Source: Cyanophyceae cyanobacterium (lineage in GTDB: Bacteria > Cyanobacteriota > Cyanobacteriia > Cyanobacteriales > JBHJGN01). Taken from it: a stretch of DNA of 11,115 nt. Below are positions 1 through 8,049 of this stretch, one piece after another. The notes below the pieces were generated by a model. The model searched no databases, was not told the DNA's origin, and was given only the letters and a program-made list of their open reading frames with translations. The stretch is from positions 1-11,115 of the forward strand of contig JBHJGN010000002.1 of assembly GCA_050331735.1 (NCBI GenBank), given 5' to 3'. Each line of letters begins with the position of its first letter. Position 1 is the first letter of the stretch. Made by a program: the position numbers and the translations under genes.

Positions 1-136
1 GCACCTTGGTCTGAGGAAAAACGGCTTCAATGGCTTCGGGAAATCCGGTCAATCCATCCACGCAGGCGATGCAGTTTTTTTCGACTCCTCGGTTATGAAT
101 GTCGTTGAGGACCGAAAGCCAGAATTTAGCTCCTTC
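1..136 (-). mobile_element. IS256-family transposase, internal fragment (runs off the left edge; N-terminal part absent here)
   Basis: Manual translation of the minus strand from 136 gives EGAKFWLSVLNDIHNRGVEKNCIACVDGLTGFPEAIEAVFPQTKV. This matches the IS256/Mutator core signature (EGAKFW..VL..L..RGV....IAC.DGL.GF.EAI..VFP), including the catalytic-region DG. It is not in the ORF track. Confidence 0.9.
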
Positions 137-696
137 TCCTCTAGAACGTCCAACCAGGGATTTCGCTCAAATTCGAGCAACTGCTGTTCTTTTCCCCAAT
201 CCCAGCACGCTCTAATTAAGAGCAAGTAATCTTTCGTCGTGCGATCGCTACAGCTTTGTAGCACATGCTCAACGAAAGCAGCAGGCTTTTCCCTAAAGAA
301 CTTACTAAGATGCCGCTGTGCTCCTGCGTATCGGCACATGCTACCCACACGTAGACTCTTAGAAGTTTTCTGAATATGCATGAACTTCTCAAACAGCTCA
401 GCACAAGAAATCCGACCATTCCTACCAATTTGTCTTTGGGGTTTGTACTTCGTTAAAGTGCTGTCATAGTTCCCACTAGAAATGCCCAGCTCAATCTGCA
501 GCGCCAGTCGCTCAGCATGGCCCCTGTTGATATGGCCATCTGGAAGTCCTACTGCGAGCGACCGACGCTTCCCCTGATAGGTCCAGCAAAGTCGCAGATG
601 ACCCTCACCACTCTCAACTTTAACGATCCCCCTACCACTTTGGATTTTGCCCCGCTGGATTATTGGCTGACCCCCTTGATGTATCGAAACTAACAC
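137..696 (-). pseudogene. Truncated tyrosine integrase (Arm DNA-binding/DUF3596-like N-domain plus core-binding domain; catalytic domain missing)
   Basis: ORF 49..696 begins GHLRLCWTYQGKRRSLAVGLPD...AERLALQIELGISSGNYDSTLTKYKP, typical of cyanobacterial Arm-domain integrases, followed by LIRACWDWG...NPW. There is no R-H-x-x-R-H/W-Y catalytic region. The last ~29 codons are out-of-frame IS256 sequence. It lies just downstream of a tRNA 3' end. Confidence 0.8.
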
Positions 697-844
697 AATT
701 GATTTTTCTGCCAGAATCCGACTACTTTAGGGTCTAAAAAGGGCTAAATGTATCCAAAAGTGCGTTCCTTATTGAGAAGGATGCTGGTTGTTTTCCATTC
801 CTTAGAAACAACGAAACCCTCTTGGTGAGAAAGTTTTAGTGGTA

Positions 845-918
845 TCGGGATGACTGGATTCGAACCAGCGGCCCCTTCGTCCCGAACGAAGTGCGCTACC
901 AAGCTGCGCCACATCCCG
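845..918 (-). tRNA. trnP: tRNA-Pro (anticodon CGG)
   Basis: The reverse complement is CGGGATGTGGCGCAGCTTGGTAGCGCACTTCGTTCGGGACGAAGGGGCCGCTGGTTCGAATCCAGTCATCCCGA. It has acceptor stem CGGGATG/CATCCCG, anticodon arm CTTCG-TTCGGGA-CGAAG and T-loop TTCGAAT. CCA is not encoded directly after the discriminator. Confidence 0.97.
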
Positions 919-945
919 CCGTATCAATTGGCACTATCAGATCTC

Positions 946-954
946 ATACTATCA
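946..954 (-). promoter_or_regulatory. Putative extended -10 element for tRNA-Pro
   Basis: The minus strand reads TG-A-TAGTAT (TGnTAnnnT), ending ~27 nt upstream of the tRNA 5' end. Confidence 0.4.
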
Positions 955-1028
955 CGTCTCCAAAGGATGCTGACGCCGAAATTGATAAGATACATAATGT
1001 ACAGCTCAACACAGAAGGGATTTTGGGC

Positions 1029-1916
1029 GTGACAGTTAAACCGACATGGCTACGGGTAAAAGCCCCTCAGTGGCAGCGTGTGGGCAGCGTTAAAGAGACG
1101 CTACGAGATTTAGGGCTTAACACAGTATGCGAAGAGGCTTCGTGCCCAAATATTGGGGAATGCTTTCAGGCTGGAACAGCAACCTTTCTAATTATGGGAC
1201 CAGCCTGTACCCGCGCTTGTCCCTACTGCGATATTGATTTTGAGAAAAAACCGCAGCCCCTCGACCCGACCGAACCGAGACGGCTAGCCGAAGCGGTACA
1301 GCGATTGAAGCTCAATCATGTGGTAATCACCTCTGTCAATCGGGATGACTTGCCAGACGGCGGTGCAGTTCAGTTCGGGCGCTGTATTGAAGCCGTCCGC
1401 GCCACTTCGCCAAACACAACCATTGAAGTTCTCATTCCCGATCTGTGTGGCAACTGGCAAGCGCTAGAGCTGATTCTCTCAGCCAAGCCGGAGGTGCTCA
1501 ATCACAACATCGAGACCATCCCGCGTCTCTATCGTCGGGTGCGTCCTCAAGGACGCTACGAGCGATCGCTGACGCTTCTGCAACGGTCTCGCGAACTCGC
1601 TCCCGGCGTTTACACTAAATCAGGATTAATGGTTGGACTTGGCGAAACCGATGTGGAAGTGCGATCGCTGATGCAGGATTTACGGGCTGTTGACTGTGAT
1701 ATTGTGACCATTGGCCAGTATTTGCAACCATCGCTAAAACATCTCGGGGTGCAAGAATTCGTTTCCCCGGAACAATTTGAGGACTGGCAACAGTTTGGCG
1801 AAGCCATTGGCTTCCTTCAGGTGGTTGCTTCTCCCCTCACCCGCAGTTCTTACCATGCTGAACAGGTCAGAGCGTTAATGAAGCGCTATCCAAAGGTTGC
1901 TCAAGTGCAGAAGTGA
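1029..1916 (+). CDS. lipA: Lipoyl synthase (radical SAM)
   Basis: Contains [12 protein letters not shown] (auxiliary cluster), CTRACPYC (radical SAM CX3CX2C) and C-terminal RSSY. The start is re-assigned to GTG at 1029 ([14 protein letters not shown]), with AAGGGA 8 nt upstream. The longer 891 start overlaps tRNA-Pro. Confidence 0.96.
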   Translation: MTVKPTWLRVKAPQWQRVGSVKETLRDLGLNTVCEEASCPNIGECFQAGTATFLIMGPACTRACPYCDIDFEKKPQPLDPTEPRRLAEAVQRLKLNHVVITSVNRDDLPDGGAVQFGRCIEAVRATSPNTTIEVLIPDLCGNWQALELILSAKPEVLNHNIETIPRLYRRVRPQGRYERSLTLLQRSRELAPGVYTKSGLMVGLGETDVEVRSLMQDLRAVDCDIVTIGQYLQPSLKHLGVQEFVSPEQFEDWQQFGEAIGFLQVVASPLTRSSYHAEQVRALMKRYPKVAQVQK

Positions 1917-1949
1917 GGAGAACCTCGTTAGTACTCGCAAACAGGGCTG

Positions 1950-2399
1950 TTAGCGCCAGAACTCCTGAATCACATCTGCAATATGGCGGTCGGAAAATAC
2001 ATCAATTCCCACCGCCGATTTGATTAAATAAGCGATTAGAACAATAGCAGCACTCGCGACTAAATTGGCTCCGATTAAAAGAACGACCGCCGCTACCCAA
2101 TTACCCGCTTGAGCTAGCTTGCTTGGCGCATAATCGCGCCGGTGTTGGCGGCGGTCTTTACCAACTAAGATCACTAAGTAGAAGCGGGAAAACAGCAGAT
2201 CCACCGTAAATCGCAGGTCTACTAATTTAGGGGACGGTTGGGCGGCGCGTTTCAACCCCTGAGTGACTGCTTCAAGCTGCTGTGGCGTGAAGCTTTGAGC
2301 AATTTTAGGATCTAGAGACGATAAATCGCGAGGCGTTCTTGTCCGATAACGAGCGGACGGAAACCGCGACTGGGCAGATGATTTCAAATTCCGCTTCAT
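1950..2399 (-). CDS. Hypothetical membrane protein (149 aa, C-terminal hydrophobic segment)
   Basis: ATG-started ORF filling the gap between lipA and the symporter, with VDLRFTVDLLFSRFYLVILVGKDRR followed by a long hydrophobic helix. Confidence 0.75.
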   Translation of the reverse strand: MKRNLKSSAQSRFPSARYRTRTPRDLSSLDPKIAQSFTPQQLEAVTQGLKRAAQPSPKLVDLRFTVDLLFSRFYLVILVGKDRRQHRRDYAPSKLAQAGNWVAAVVLLIGANLVASAAIVLIAYLIKSAVGIDVFSDRHIADVIQEFWR

Positions 2400-2509
2400 T
2401 CTTGTCAGCTAATTCATCCTCACCAAACTCGTTAACTAAGTTGACAATTAGCTGACAATGGGCAACTAATAACGGAAACGGGTATAACCAAAGCGCACTT
2501 CTCATCCAG

Positions 2510-4330
2510 ATGATCTCTATGACAATTCTTGATTGGCTGATTGTCCTGCTCTACCTGATCCTGACGATGGGATTAGGGATCTATTTATCTCGCAGAGCCT
2601 CAAAAAGCCTAGTCGATTTTTTTGTTTCTGGCCGCTCTTTACCCTGGTGGTTAGCGGGAACGAGCATGGCCGCTACCACTTTTTCGATTGATACCCCTCT
2701 ATATATTTGTGGTGTAGTGGCCACTCGCGGCATTGCGGGTAATTGGGAATGGTGGAGCTTTGGCGTGGCTCACATTGTTCTCATCTATGTCTTCTCCCGA
2801 CTCTGGCGACGTTCTGAGATTGTCACGGATGCGGAACTGACAGAACTGCGCTACGGCGGTCAAACAGCAGCGATTTTACGAGCGACGAAAGCGTTTCTGT
2901 TTGCCGTGCCGATCAACTGTATCGGCATCGGTTACGCTATGCTCGCTATGGTCAAGGTAATCGACGCTTTAGAACTGTGGCAAAGTTTAGGTCTCGCTCC
3001 CGGAGAAAACCTGAAAATCTGGAGCGTTATCGGCGTGAGCCTGTTTGTCCTCATTTATTCCGGTTTTTCGGGGTTATGGGGCGTTGTGACCACCGACTTT
3101 TTTCAGTTTTTCCTCGGTTTACTGGGAGCGATCGCCGTTGCCGTTGTGGCGGTTAACTCGGTCGGCGGGATGGGCGAACTGATTCCAGCCGTCCAGCAGG
3201 TTACAGAATTTGATGCTTTATCGTTTTTGCCGCTGTCTTTTGGCAGTGGTGGACTGGGCTGGAGCGATACAGCAGGAATTACGGCCACCACTTTTTCAGC
3301 GTACTTATTCGTTCAGTGGTGGTCGTTTCGCCGCAGCGACGGCGGCGGGGAGTTTGTGCAGCGACTAGCGGCAGCCAAAGATGAACGGGAAGCAGAAAAA
3401 GCGTCCTGGTTTTTCAATATCTTGAACTACATTGTGCGGACCTGGCCCTGGATTGTGGTGGCGCTAGTTGCTCTGGTTGTGTATCCCGATTTGTCGGATC
3501 GAGAGTTGGGTTACCCCAGGCTGATGCTGGACTTTTTGCCACCAATACTGCTAGGGCTTGTGGTTGCCTCTCTAATAGCGGCTTTTATGAGTACCGTTTC
3601 CACCTCGATTAACTGGGGAGCTTCCTATCTCACTAACGACCTCTATCGGCGCTTTTTTCGCCCCAGCGCTTCCCAGGCTGAGCTGGTCTTGGCTGGCAGA
3701 ATGGCCTCGGTGTTGGTCACAATTTTAGGCGCGACCGCTGCCTTTTATGCCCAGGATGTCCGCACTGTTTTCCGCTTAGTCATTGCCATTGGCACAGGAC
3801 CAGGGTTGGTTTTGATTCTGCGCTGGTTTTGGTGGCGCATCAACGCGGCAGCGGAATTGGCGGCAATGGTGGGCGGATTCGTCGTAGGGGTGTTTACCAG
3901 TATCCCGTCAGTGAATGAGCGCTTCGCTGACTTTGGCATACGGCTACTGGTGATTTCTGCGGTGACGGCTCTGATTTGGGTCACGGTAATGTTCCTGACG
4001 CCACCAGAGTCCGATGCCACCCTAGATCGTTTTTATCGACAGGTCCGCCCTGGAGGAGGAGGCTGGCAACGTCAGCGGCAGCGTACTGGGATTATGCCCG
4101 AGCAAAATCTCTGCAAAGAAATGCTGCGAGTGCTGGCGGCAATTCTACTGCTGTTTGGAGCGATGTTTGCCATCGGTGGTTTTCTCCTCCTGGAACCGCT
4201 CACGGGCTGGCTGTCTTTAATGACTGCCGTTGCGGGAGGTTTCTGGCTACGTCAGCTAAGTAAAAAAAGCATCAGGCCCATGCCCCGACCGGGGTTAGAG
4301 GATGACTGGGATACCCGGATGGGGGATTGA
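2510..4330 (+). CDS. Sodium:solute symporter (SSS) family transporter
   Basis: 606 aa with many TM segments and SSS-type motifs DFFVSGRSLPWWLAGTSMAATTFS, GLWGVVTTDFFQF, QRLAAAKDE and AAFMSTVST..NWGAS. Alternative start ATG at 2519. The substrate cannot be determined. Confidence 0.92.
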   Translation: MISMTILDWLIVLLYLILTMGLGIYLSRRASKSLVDFFVSGRSLPWWLAGTSMAATTFSIDTPLYICGVVATRGIAGNWEWWSFGVAHIVLIYVFSRLWRRSEIVTDAELTELRYGGQTAAILRATKAFLFAVPINCIGIGYAMLAMVKVIDALELWQSLGLAPGENLKIWSVIGVSLFVLIYSGFSGLWGVVTTDFFQFFLGLLGAIAVAVVAVNSVGGMGELIPAVQQVTEFDALSFLPLSFGSGGLGWSDTAGITATTFSAYLFVQWWSFRRSDGGGEFVQRLAAAKDEREAEKASWFFNILNYIVRTWPWIVVALVALVVYPDLSDRELGYPRLMLDFLPPILLGLVVASLIAAFMSTVSTSINWGASYLTNDLYRRFFRPSASQAELVLAGRMASVLVTILGATAAFYAQDVRTVFRLVIAIGTGPGLVLILRWFWWRINAAAELAAMVGGFVVGVFTSIPSVNERFADFGIRLLVISAVTALIWVTVMFLTPPESDATLDRFYRQVRPGGGGWQRQRQRTGIMPEQNLCKEMLRVLAAILLLFGAMFAIGGFLLLEPLTGWLSLMTAVAGGFWLRQLSKKSIRPMPRPGLEDDWDTRMGD

Positions 4331-4431
4331 ATGAGACGGCTAAAACTCAAGGACTGTTCTCACCGTAAAGAGAAAAATATCGGGGTTGTCGCGATCGTGA
4401 TTTGGGGCCGTAATCCAGACTAAACCCGGTG

Positions 4432-4536
4432 TCACTTCGATTTGATTGGAGGGGGCGTTCTCAGTCGGTCGGCACCGGAGCCTTCAACCGCTAAACTTTG
4501 AGTTAAAACAGCGGTTAAGAAGCCCAAAATCATCAT
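4432..4536 (-). CDS. Putative unannotated small protein, 34 aa (MMILGFLTAVLTQSLAVEGSGADRLRTPPPIKSK)
   Basis: GAGGAG Shine-Dalgarno 5 nt before the ATG and a TAGAAT -10-like box at 4568..4563. It lies downstream of a terminator. Below the ORF-track size cutoff. Confidence 0.45.
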   Translation of the reverse strand: MMILGFLTAVLTQSLAVEGSGADRLRTPPPIKSK

Positions 4537-4641
4537 TATCTCTCCTCATCTTTACCCTAGACATTCTATATTTGTAGGAAAAGGTAAATACTCCGATAAC
4601 CGTTGAATTTCTATTGCTGACACTACCATAGCAATGGTAGT

Positions 4642-4668
4642 AAAAAATCTCAGCCAGAAGCTGAGATT
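4642..4668 (-). terminator. Intrinsic terminator downstream of the PII gene
   Basis: The minus strand reads AATCTCAGC-TTCTG-GCTGAGATT-TTTT, a perfect 9-bp stem running into a T6 tract. Confidence 0.7.
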
Positions 4669-4869
4669 GCGGATGAAGAGCAAAACCGTAGAACTGAGGA
4701 TAAGCAAGCTAGCAGCTCAGAGAGAGTGCCAGCGGCTCAGAGCAGTCACTATCAGCCAAGGGGCCAGCTCCCGCTAGGCGAAATCAGCGGTCGAAAGCAA
4801 CGCGACAGGCTTTGAGGGCTTACTGCCACAAGCTAGTGACCAGCTTAACCAACCTCCTCCCCCATCGCT

Positions 4870-5268
<399 letters not shown>

Positions 5269-5328
5269 AAATAATCATAGCTTACTCAATTGAGCTTTAG
5301 GGAAGTTGTGTCCAGAGTGATTCCTTGA

Positions 5329-5565
5329 CTATTTCAAGGGAGGCAAGCCAGCTAAATTTCTCTCGGTGCTGTGCCCAAAAAAAAGGGAAGAGACAATCTC
5401 TTCCCTGCTAGGCTGGTTGTGTTGAGCTGGTGGCGAGTCTTTAAGCTTTCTGCGAAGCATTTGCTGCTGTTTTTTCAACTGCCTTTGTCTGGCCGAGCCG
5501 CCTTTACCCTTGTCATTGCGTCCTTGACGGCGAGGCGATTCCCATCGCTTTAATCGCTGAGCCAT
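5329..5565 (-). CDS. Small basic protein; candidate ArfA/BrfA-like alternative ribosome-rescue factor expressed from nonstop mRNA
   Basis: 78-codon ORF with an Arg/Lys/Gln-rich N-terminal ~42 aa containing KGKGGS, an AAAGGA SD, an extended -10 upstream and an intrinsic terminator inside the CDS. The confidence value is for the gene being real; the function is inferred. Confidence 0.7.
   Translation of the reverse strand: MAQRLKRWESPRRQGRNDKGKGGSARQRQLKKQQQMLRRKLKDSPPAQHNQPSREEIVSSLFFGHSTERNLAGLPPLK
5377..5406 (-). terminator. Intrinsic terminator located inside ORF 5329..5565, 45 nt before its stop codon
   Basis: The minus strand reads AGGGAAGAGA-TTG-TCTCTTCCCT-TTTTTTT, a perfect 10-bp stem running into a T8 tract. 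Confidence 0.88.
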
Positions 5566-5599
5566 CGTCTATTGTCCTTTAATCTGAGTTTCTCTCTAA

Positions 5600-5608
5600 A
5601 TTGTAACA
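5600..5608 (-). promoter_or_regulatory. Putative extended -10 promoter of the small basic ORF
   Basis: The minus strand reads TG-T-TACAAT, ending 34 nt upstream of the ATG at 5565. Confidence 0.5.
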
Positions 5609-5688
5609 AAAAGTATTAGAGCTAGCTCGCTGAGGGGCTGCTAAGCTCTTGCCAAGTGGTGTTTCTGGTTGCAGCGATTAGCGATCGC

Positions 5689-5970
5689 TTATTGTTCTTG
5701 CTGTTGTTCCCAACGCAGGAGCCAAACCATCAGCGCGACGATGCCAATTTGAAGAGCAAAGTTTGGTAAAGCCGAGGAAATATCCTTTCCCGCAACGATT
5801 TGCGTTAAAAAAACAAAGGCTCCGATGAGACCCGAGGCTCCGAAAGCGATGTAGAAAAATCTTCTGAATCCTCTGTAGGGAGCTTGCGCTTCGGCTTTAA
5901 GCCGAGCATACTTTTCTGAATCCATTTTCCGAGGATTAGAGGCTTGGCTACGCTGATTAAAATCTGACAT
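5689..5970 (-). CDS. DUF3493-like small membrane protein
   Basis: RLKAEAQAPYRGFRRFFYIAFGASGLIG followed by two hydrophobic helices. Recognised as the cyanobacterial DUF3493 pattern. Confidence 0.8.
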   Translation of the reverse strand: MSDFNQRSQASNPRKMDSEKYARLKAEAQAPYRGFRRFFYIAFGASGLIGAFVFLTQIVAGKDISSALPNFALQIGIVALMVWLLRWEQQQEQ

Positions 5971-6046
5971 CGTTTTGAACTCACTATTTTAAAAATCATG
6001 TTATGACGAGCGCTGCTCGCCTAAGTCGCACTTAATCGAGTAAAGT

Positions 6047-6055
6047 TGCTATACT
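6047..6055 (+). promoter_or_regulatory. Putative extended -10 promoter for tRNA-Thr
   Basis: TG-C-TATACT, ending 65 nt upstream of the tRNA. Confidence 0.55.
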
Positions 6056-6120
6056 AATAACTCGTCGCGGCGGTGTCACCGAGCAAACGATTCGGTTTGT
6101 TCGGGCCATATTAGTTGAAC

Positions 6121-6192
6121 GCCACATTAGCTCAGTGGTAGAGCACTCCACTCGTAATGGAGGGGTCGTCGGTTCAAATCCGACATGTGGCT
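6121..6192 (+). tRNA. trnT: tRNA-Thr (anticodon CGT)
   Basis: GCCACAT/ATGTGGC acceptor stem, D-arm GCTC-AGTGGTA-GAGC, anticodon arm CTCCA-CTCGTAA-TGGAG and T-arm GTCGG-TTCAAAT-CCGAC. No encoded CCA. Confidence 0.97.
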
Positions 6193-6204
6193 TCCTAAAC
6201 TAGA

Positions 6205-8049
6205 CTAGCCTAATCTTCCCGAATGGCGGTTGTAGTCAATGAGAAGACTAGTAAAAATGCGATCGAGCTGACCAATACAGGCTTGAGGTTGAGGCAGAAT
6301 TGCTCTCGCTGTTGAAGCAGAGTTCTTGAGCTGCTCAATCAGCAGGGGGACTTTTGGCTCTTTCTTCGGCTGGCGCAGCGTCAACTGCTGCGTCCCAAAA
6401 TTAAGGACTTTAAGCCAGGCTTTCATATTAGCGGGTAGTTCCTTCGTCAGGCGCAGAGAAACCGTGTCGTTAGATAACGACTGCACATAGGCAGGTGTTA
6501 AGAAAGACTGATACCGCTCCTCGTCTGCGAGCTGATAAACAAAAGCTAAACTCGCATTTTGAACAACCTGTCGAATCGGTTCTGCTTCTGCTCCCATCAG
6601 CTCTTTAACCAAAGTGTTTCTGGCCACCAGACTATCGGAATTACCAAGATCGGTAACGCTCATGTGAGTACCGCCAATAACGCTCAGAAGATATTTTTCT
6701 CCTGGCAGTTTCTCAAAGGGCTTGAGCTGATGAGCCACTAGAGGGGTAATCGAGTCTTCACTGGAGGAGAGAATGAGGGCGGGTAGGTTAGCTCGCGCTA
6801 AGCCAGCTTGACCAAACAAGTAACCGACAATTGGGTTGAGAGCAATGATTCTTTTCACGCGCCGATCTTGCAGTTTGATCGTTTCGTAGGGTAGTTCAGC
6901 CGCAGCACACTGTAACCAGTCGGCGGGTGCTCTTCCTAGGGGACTGAGGCGCTGACAGAAAGCGCGTAATTCTTTTGGTTTCAGTTCAGCTCCAGCTAGC
7001 GCCAGCGCCGTATAGCCGCCGAAAGAATGTCCAATCACGACAACCTGCTGAGTATTAAACTTACTTTTGAGATAGCCGCGGGTGCGAACAATTCTTTCTA
7101 GCTCATTAAGTAGGAAGGTAATGTCTTTAGGGCGATCAACAAATTCCGACGCGGGCAGAAAATTGTGAGGACTAACGCCTGCTGACACCTCCACAAGAGA
7201 CGTAATGTTGCTACCGGGATGCTCGACGGCAGCGACGGTCAAGCCATGAGAGGCTAAATAACGAGCCAGATAGGTCAAAAATTTGCGATCCGCCGCAAAG
7301 CCATGAGACAAAACGATGAGAGGACCGTGAGACTGAAAGCTGTAGTAAAAGTCTACTGGAATAGTACGCTGCCTGCGCTGATCCCGCATAATGACGGTGC
7401 GTTTAAAGACGGCTTCATCTCCTGGTGCCGTGGTCTCAACGCTGGACTGAAGTGGATTTTCAACGGCTAAACTATTCCTGAGCTTGGGACCGAGAATTTT
7501 GTTGTGGAAGGTGAAGGCGTTAAACTGGATAGCCATGCCGGCTGAGGCGACTAAATTAACGGCCAAGTCTTCAGCCGGGTAATCCCGCAGCAGGCTGAGC
7601 GCGCTGAGATGCTTGTTGTGCTGAGCTGCGTTCGTCAAGGTCTCCTGAATTTTTTCCGTCGTGGTTCCGGGAAGAGCAACGCTCAACTGTTGAAAGAGCT
7701 GATTGCCATCAGGAGAACGCCGTAGCTCCTCAAAAAATGAATGAGCGACTACCGGATCGACGGGCAAATTTCTTTGCAGCATTTGCTGAACCTGGGGAGT
7801 TAGCAGCAACCGGTAAGGTCTGAGTGCTGGCGATAGCTGTCCCGTATGCGCAAAGCGTTCTAGATCGCTAACGGATACAGAGCTTTGTAGCGGTCCTAAG
7901 TGCAGTGTGACCCGCTCTGCGGCTGAGGCAGAGGCAACACTACAGCTTACTGCCAGCAAAAGGCTAATTCCAACTTGTCTGTGCCACGTCTTAACTGCCT
8001 GTGCTGCTAGCTTCACCTGCTGGCGATACCGATTGAGCCTGAATTTCAT
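6205..8049 (-). CDS. Alpha/beta hydrolase with N-terminal DUF1400 domain, probably exported
   Basis: Signal-like ...ASASAAERV, DUF1400-type SVSVSDLERFA.TG, oxyanion-region IVLSHG, nucleophile GHSFGG and catalytic His region GGTHMS. Confidence 0.9.
   Translation of the reverse strand: MKFRLNRYRQQVKLAAQAVKTWHRQVGISLLLAVSCSVASASAAERVTLHLGPLQSSVSVSDLERFAHTGQLSPALRPYRLLLTPQVQQMLQRNLPVDPVVAHSFFEELRRSPDGNQLFQQLSVALPGTTTEKIQETLTNAAQHNKHLSALSLLRDYPAEDLAVNLVASAGMAIQFNAFTFHNKILGPKLRNSLAVENPLQSSVETTAPGDEAVFKRTVIMRDQRRQRTIPVDFYYSFQSHGPLIVLSHGFAADRKFLTYLARYLASHGLTVAAVEHPGSNITSLVEVSAGVSPHNFLPASEFVDRPKDITFLLNELERIVRTRGYLKSKFNTQQVVVIGHSFGGYTALALAGAELKPKELRAFCQRLSPLGRAPADWLQCAAAELPYETIKLQDRRVKRIIALNPIVGYLFGQAGLARANLPALILSSSEDSITPLVAHQLKPFEKLPGEKYLLSVIGGTHMSVTDLGNSDSLVARNTLVKELMGAEAEPIRQVVQNASLAFVYQLADEERYQSFLTPAYVQSLSNDTVSLRLTKELPANMKAWLKVLNFGTQQLTLRQPKKEPKVPLLIEQLKNSASTARAILPQPQACIGQLDRIFTSLLIDYNRHSGRLG

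Noticed and set aside
49..696. Intact 215-aa integrase
   Set aside because: There is no catalytic domain, and the C-terminal tail is out-of-frame IS256 sequence.
811..838. Possible terminator after tRNA-Pro
   Set aside because: The stem needs bulges and G-U pairs and lacks a clean U-tract, so it is too weak to call.
891..1028. N-terminal extension of lipA in the ORF track
   Set aside because: It overlaps tRNA-Pro and its promoter on the opposite strand. LipA similarity and an SD point to GTG at 1029.
850..1032. 60-aa [26 protein letters not shown]...
   Set aside because: This is the antisense translation of the tRNA gene.
4331..4423. 30-aa + strand ORF directly after the symporter stop
   Set aside because: It has no recognisable features, and adjacency to the stop is the only support.
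4634..4777. 47-aa + strand ORF MVVKNLSQKLRLRMK...
   Set aside because: It has no SD, starts inside a hairpin and crosses the opposite-strand terminator.
5602..5617. NtcA-like TGTAACAAAAAGTATT over the small basic ORF promoter
   Set aside because: Only one half-site is good, and that half is explained by the extended -10 itself.
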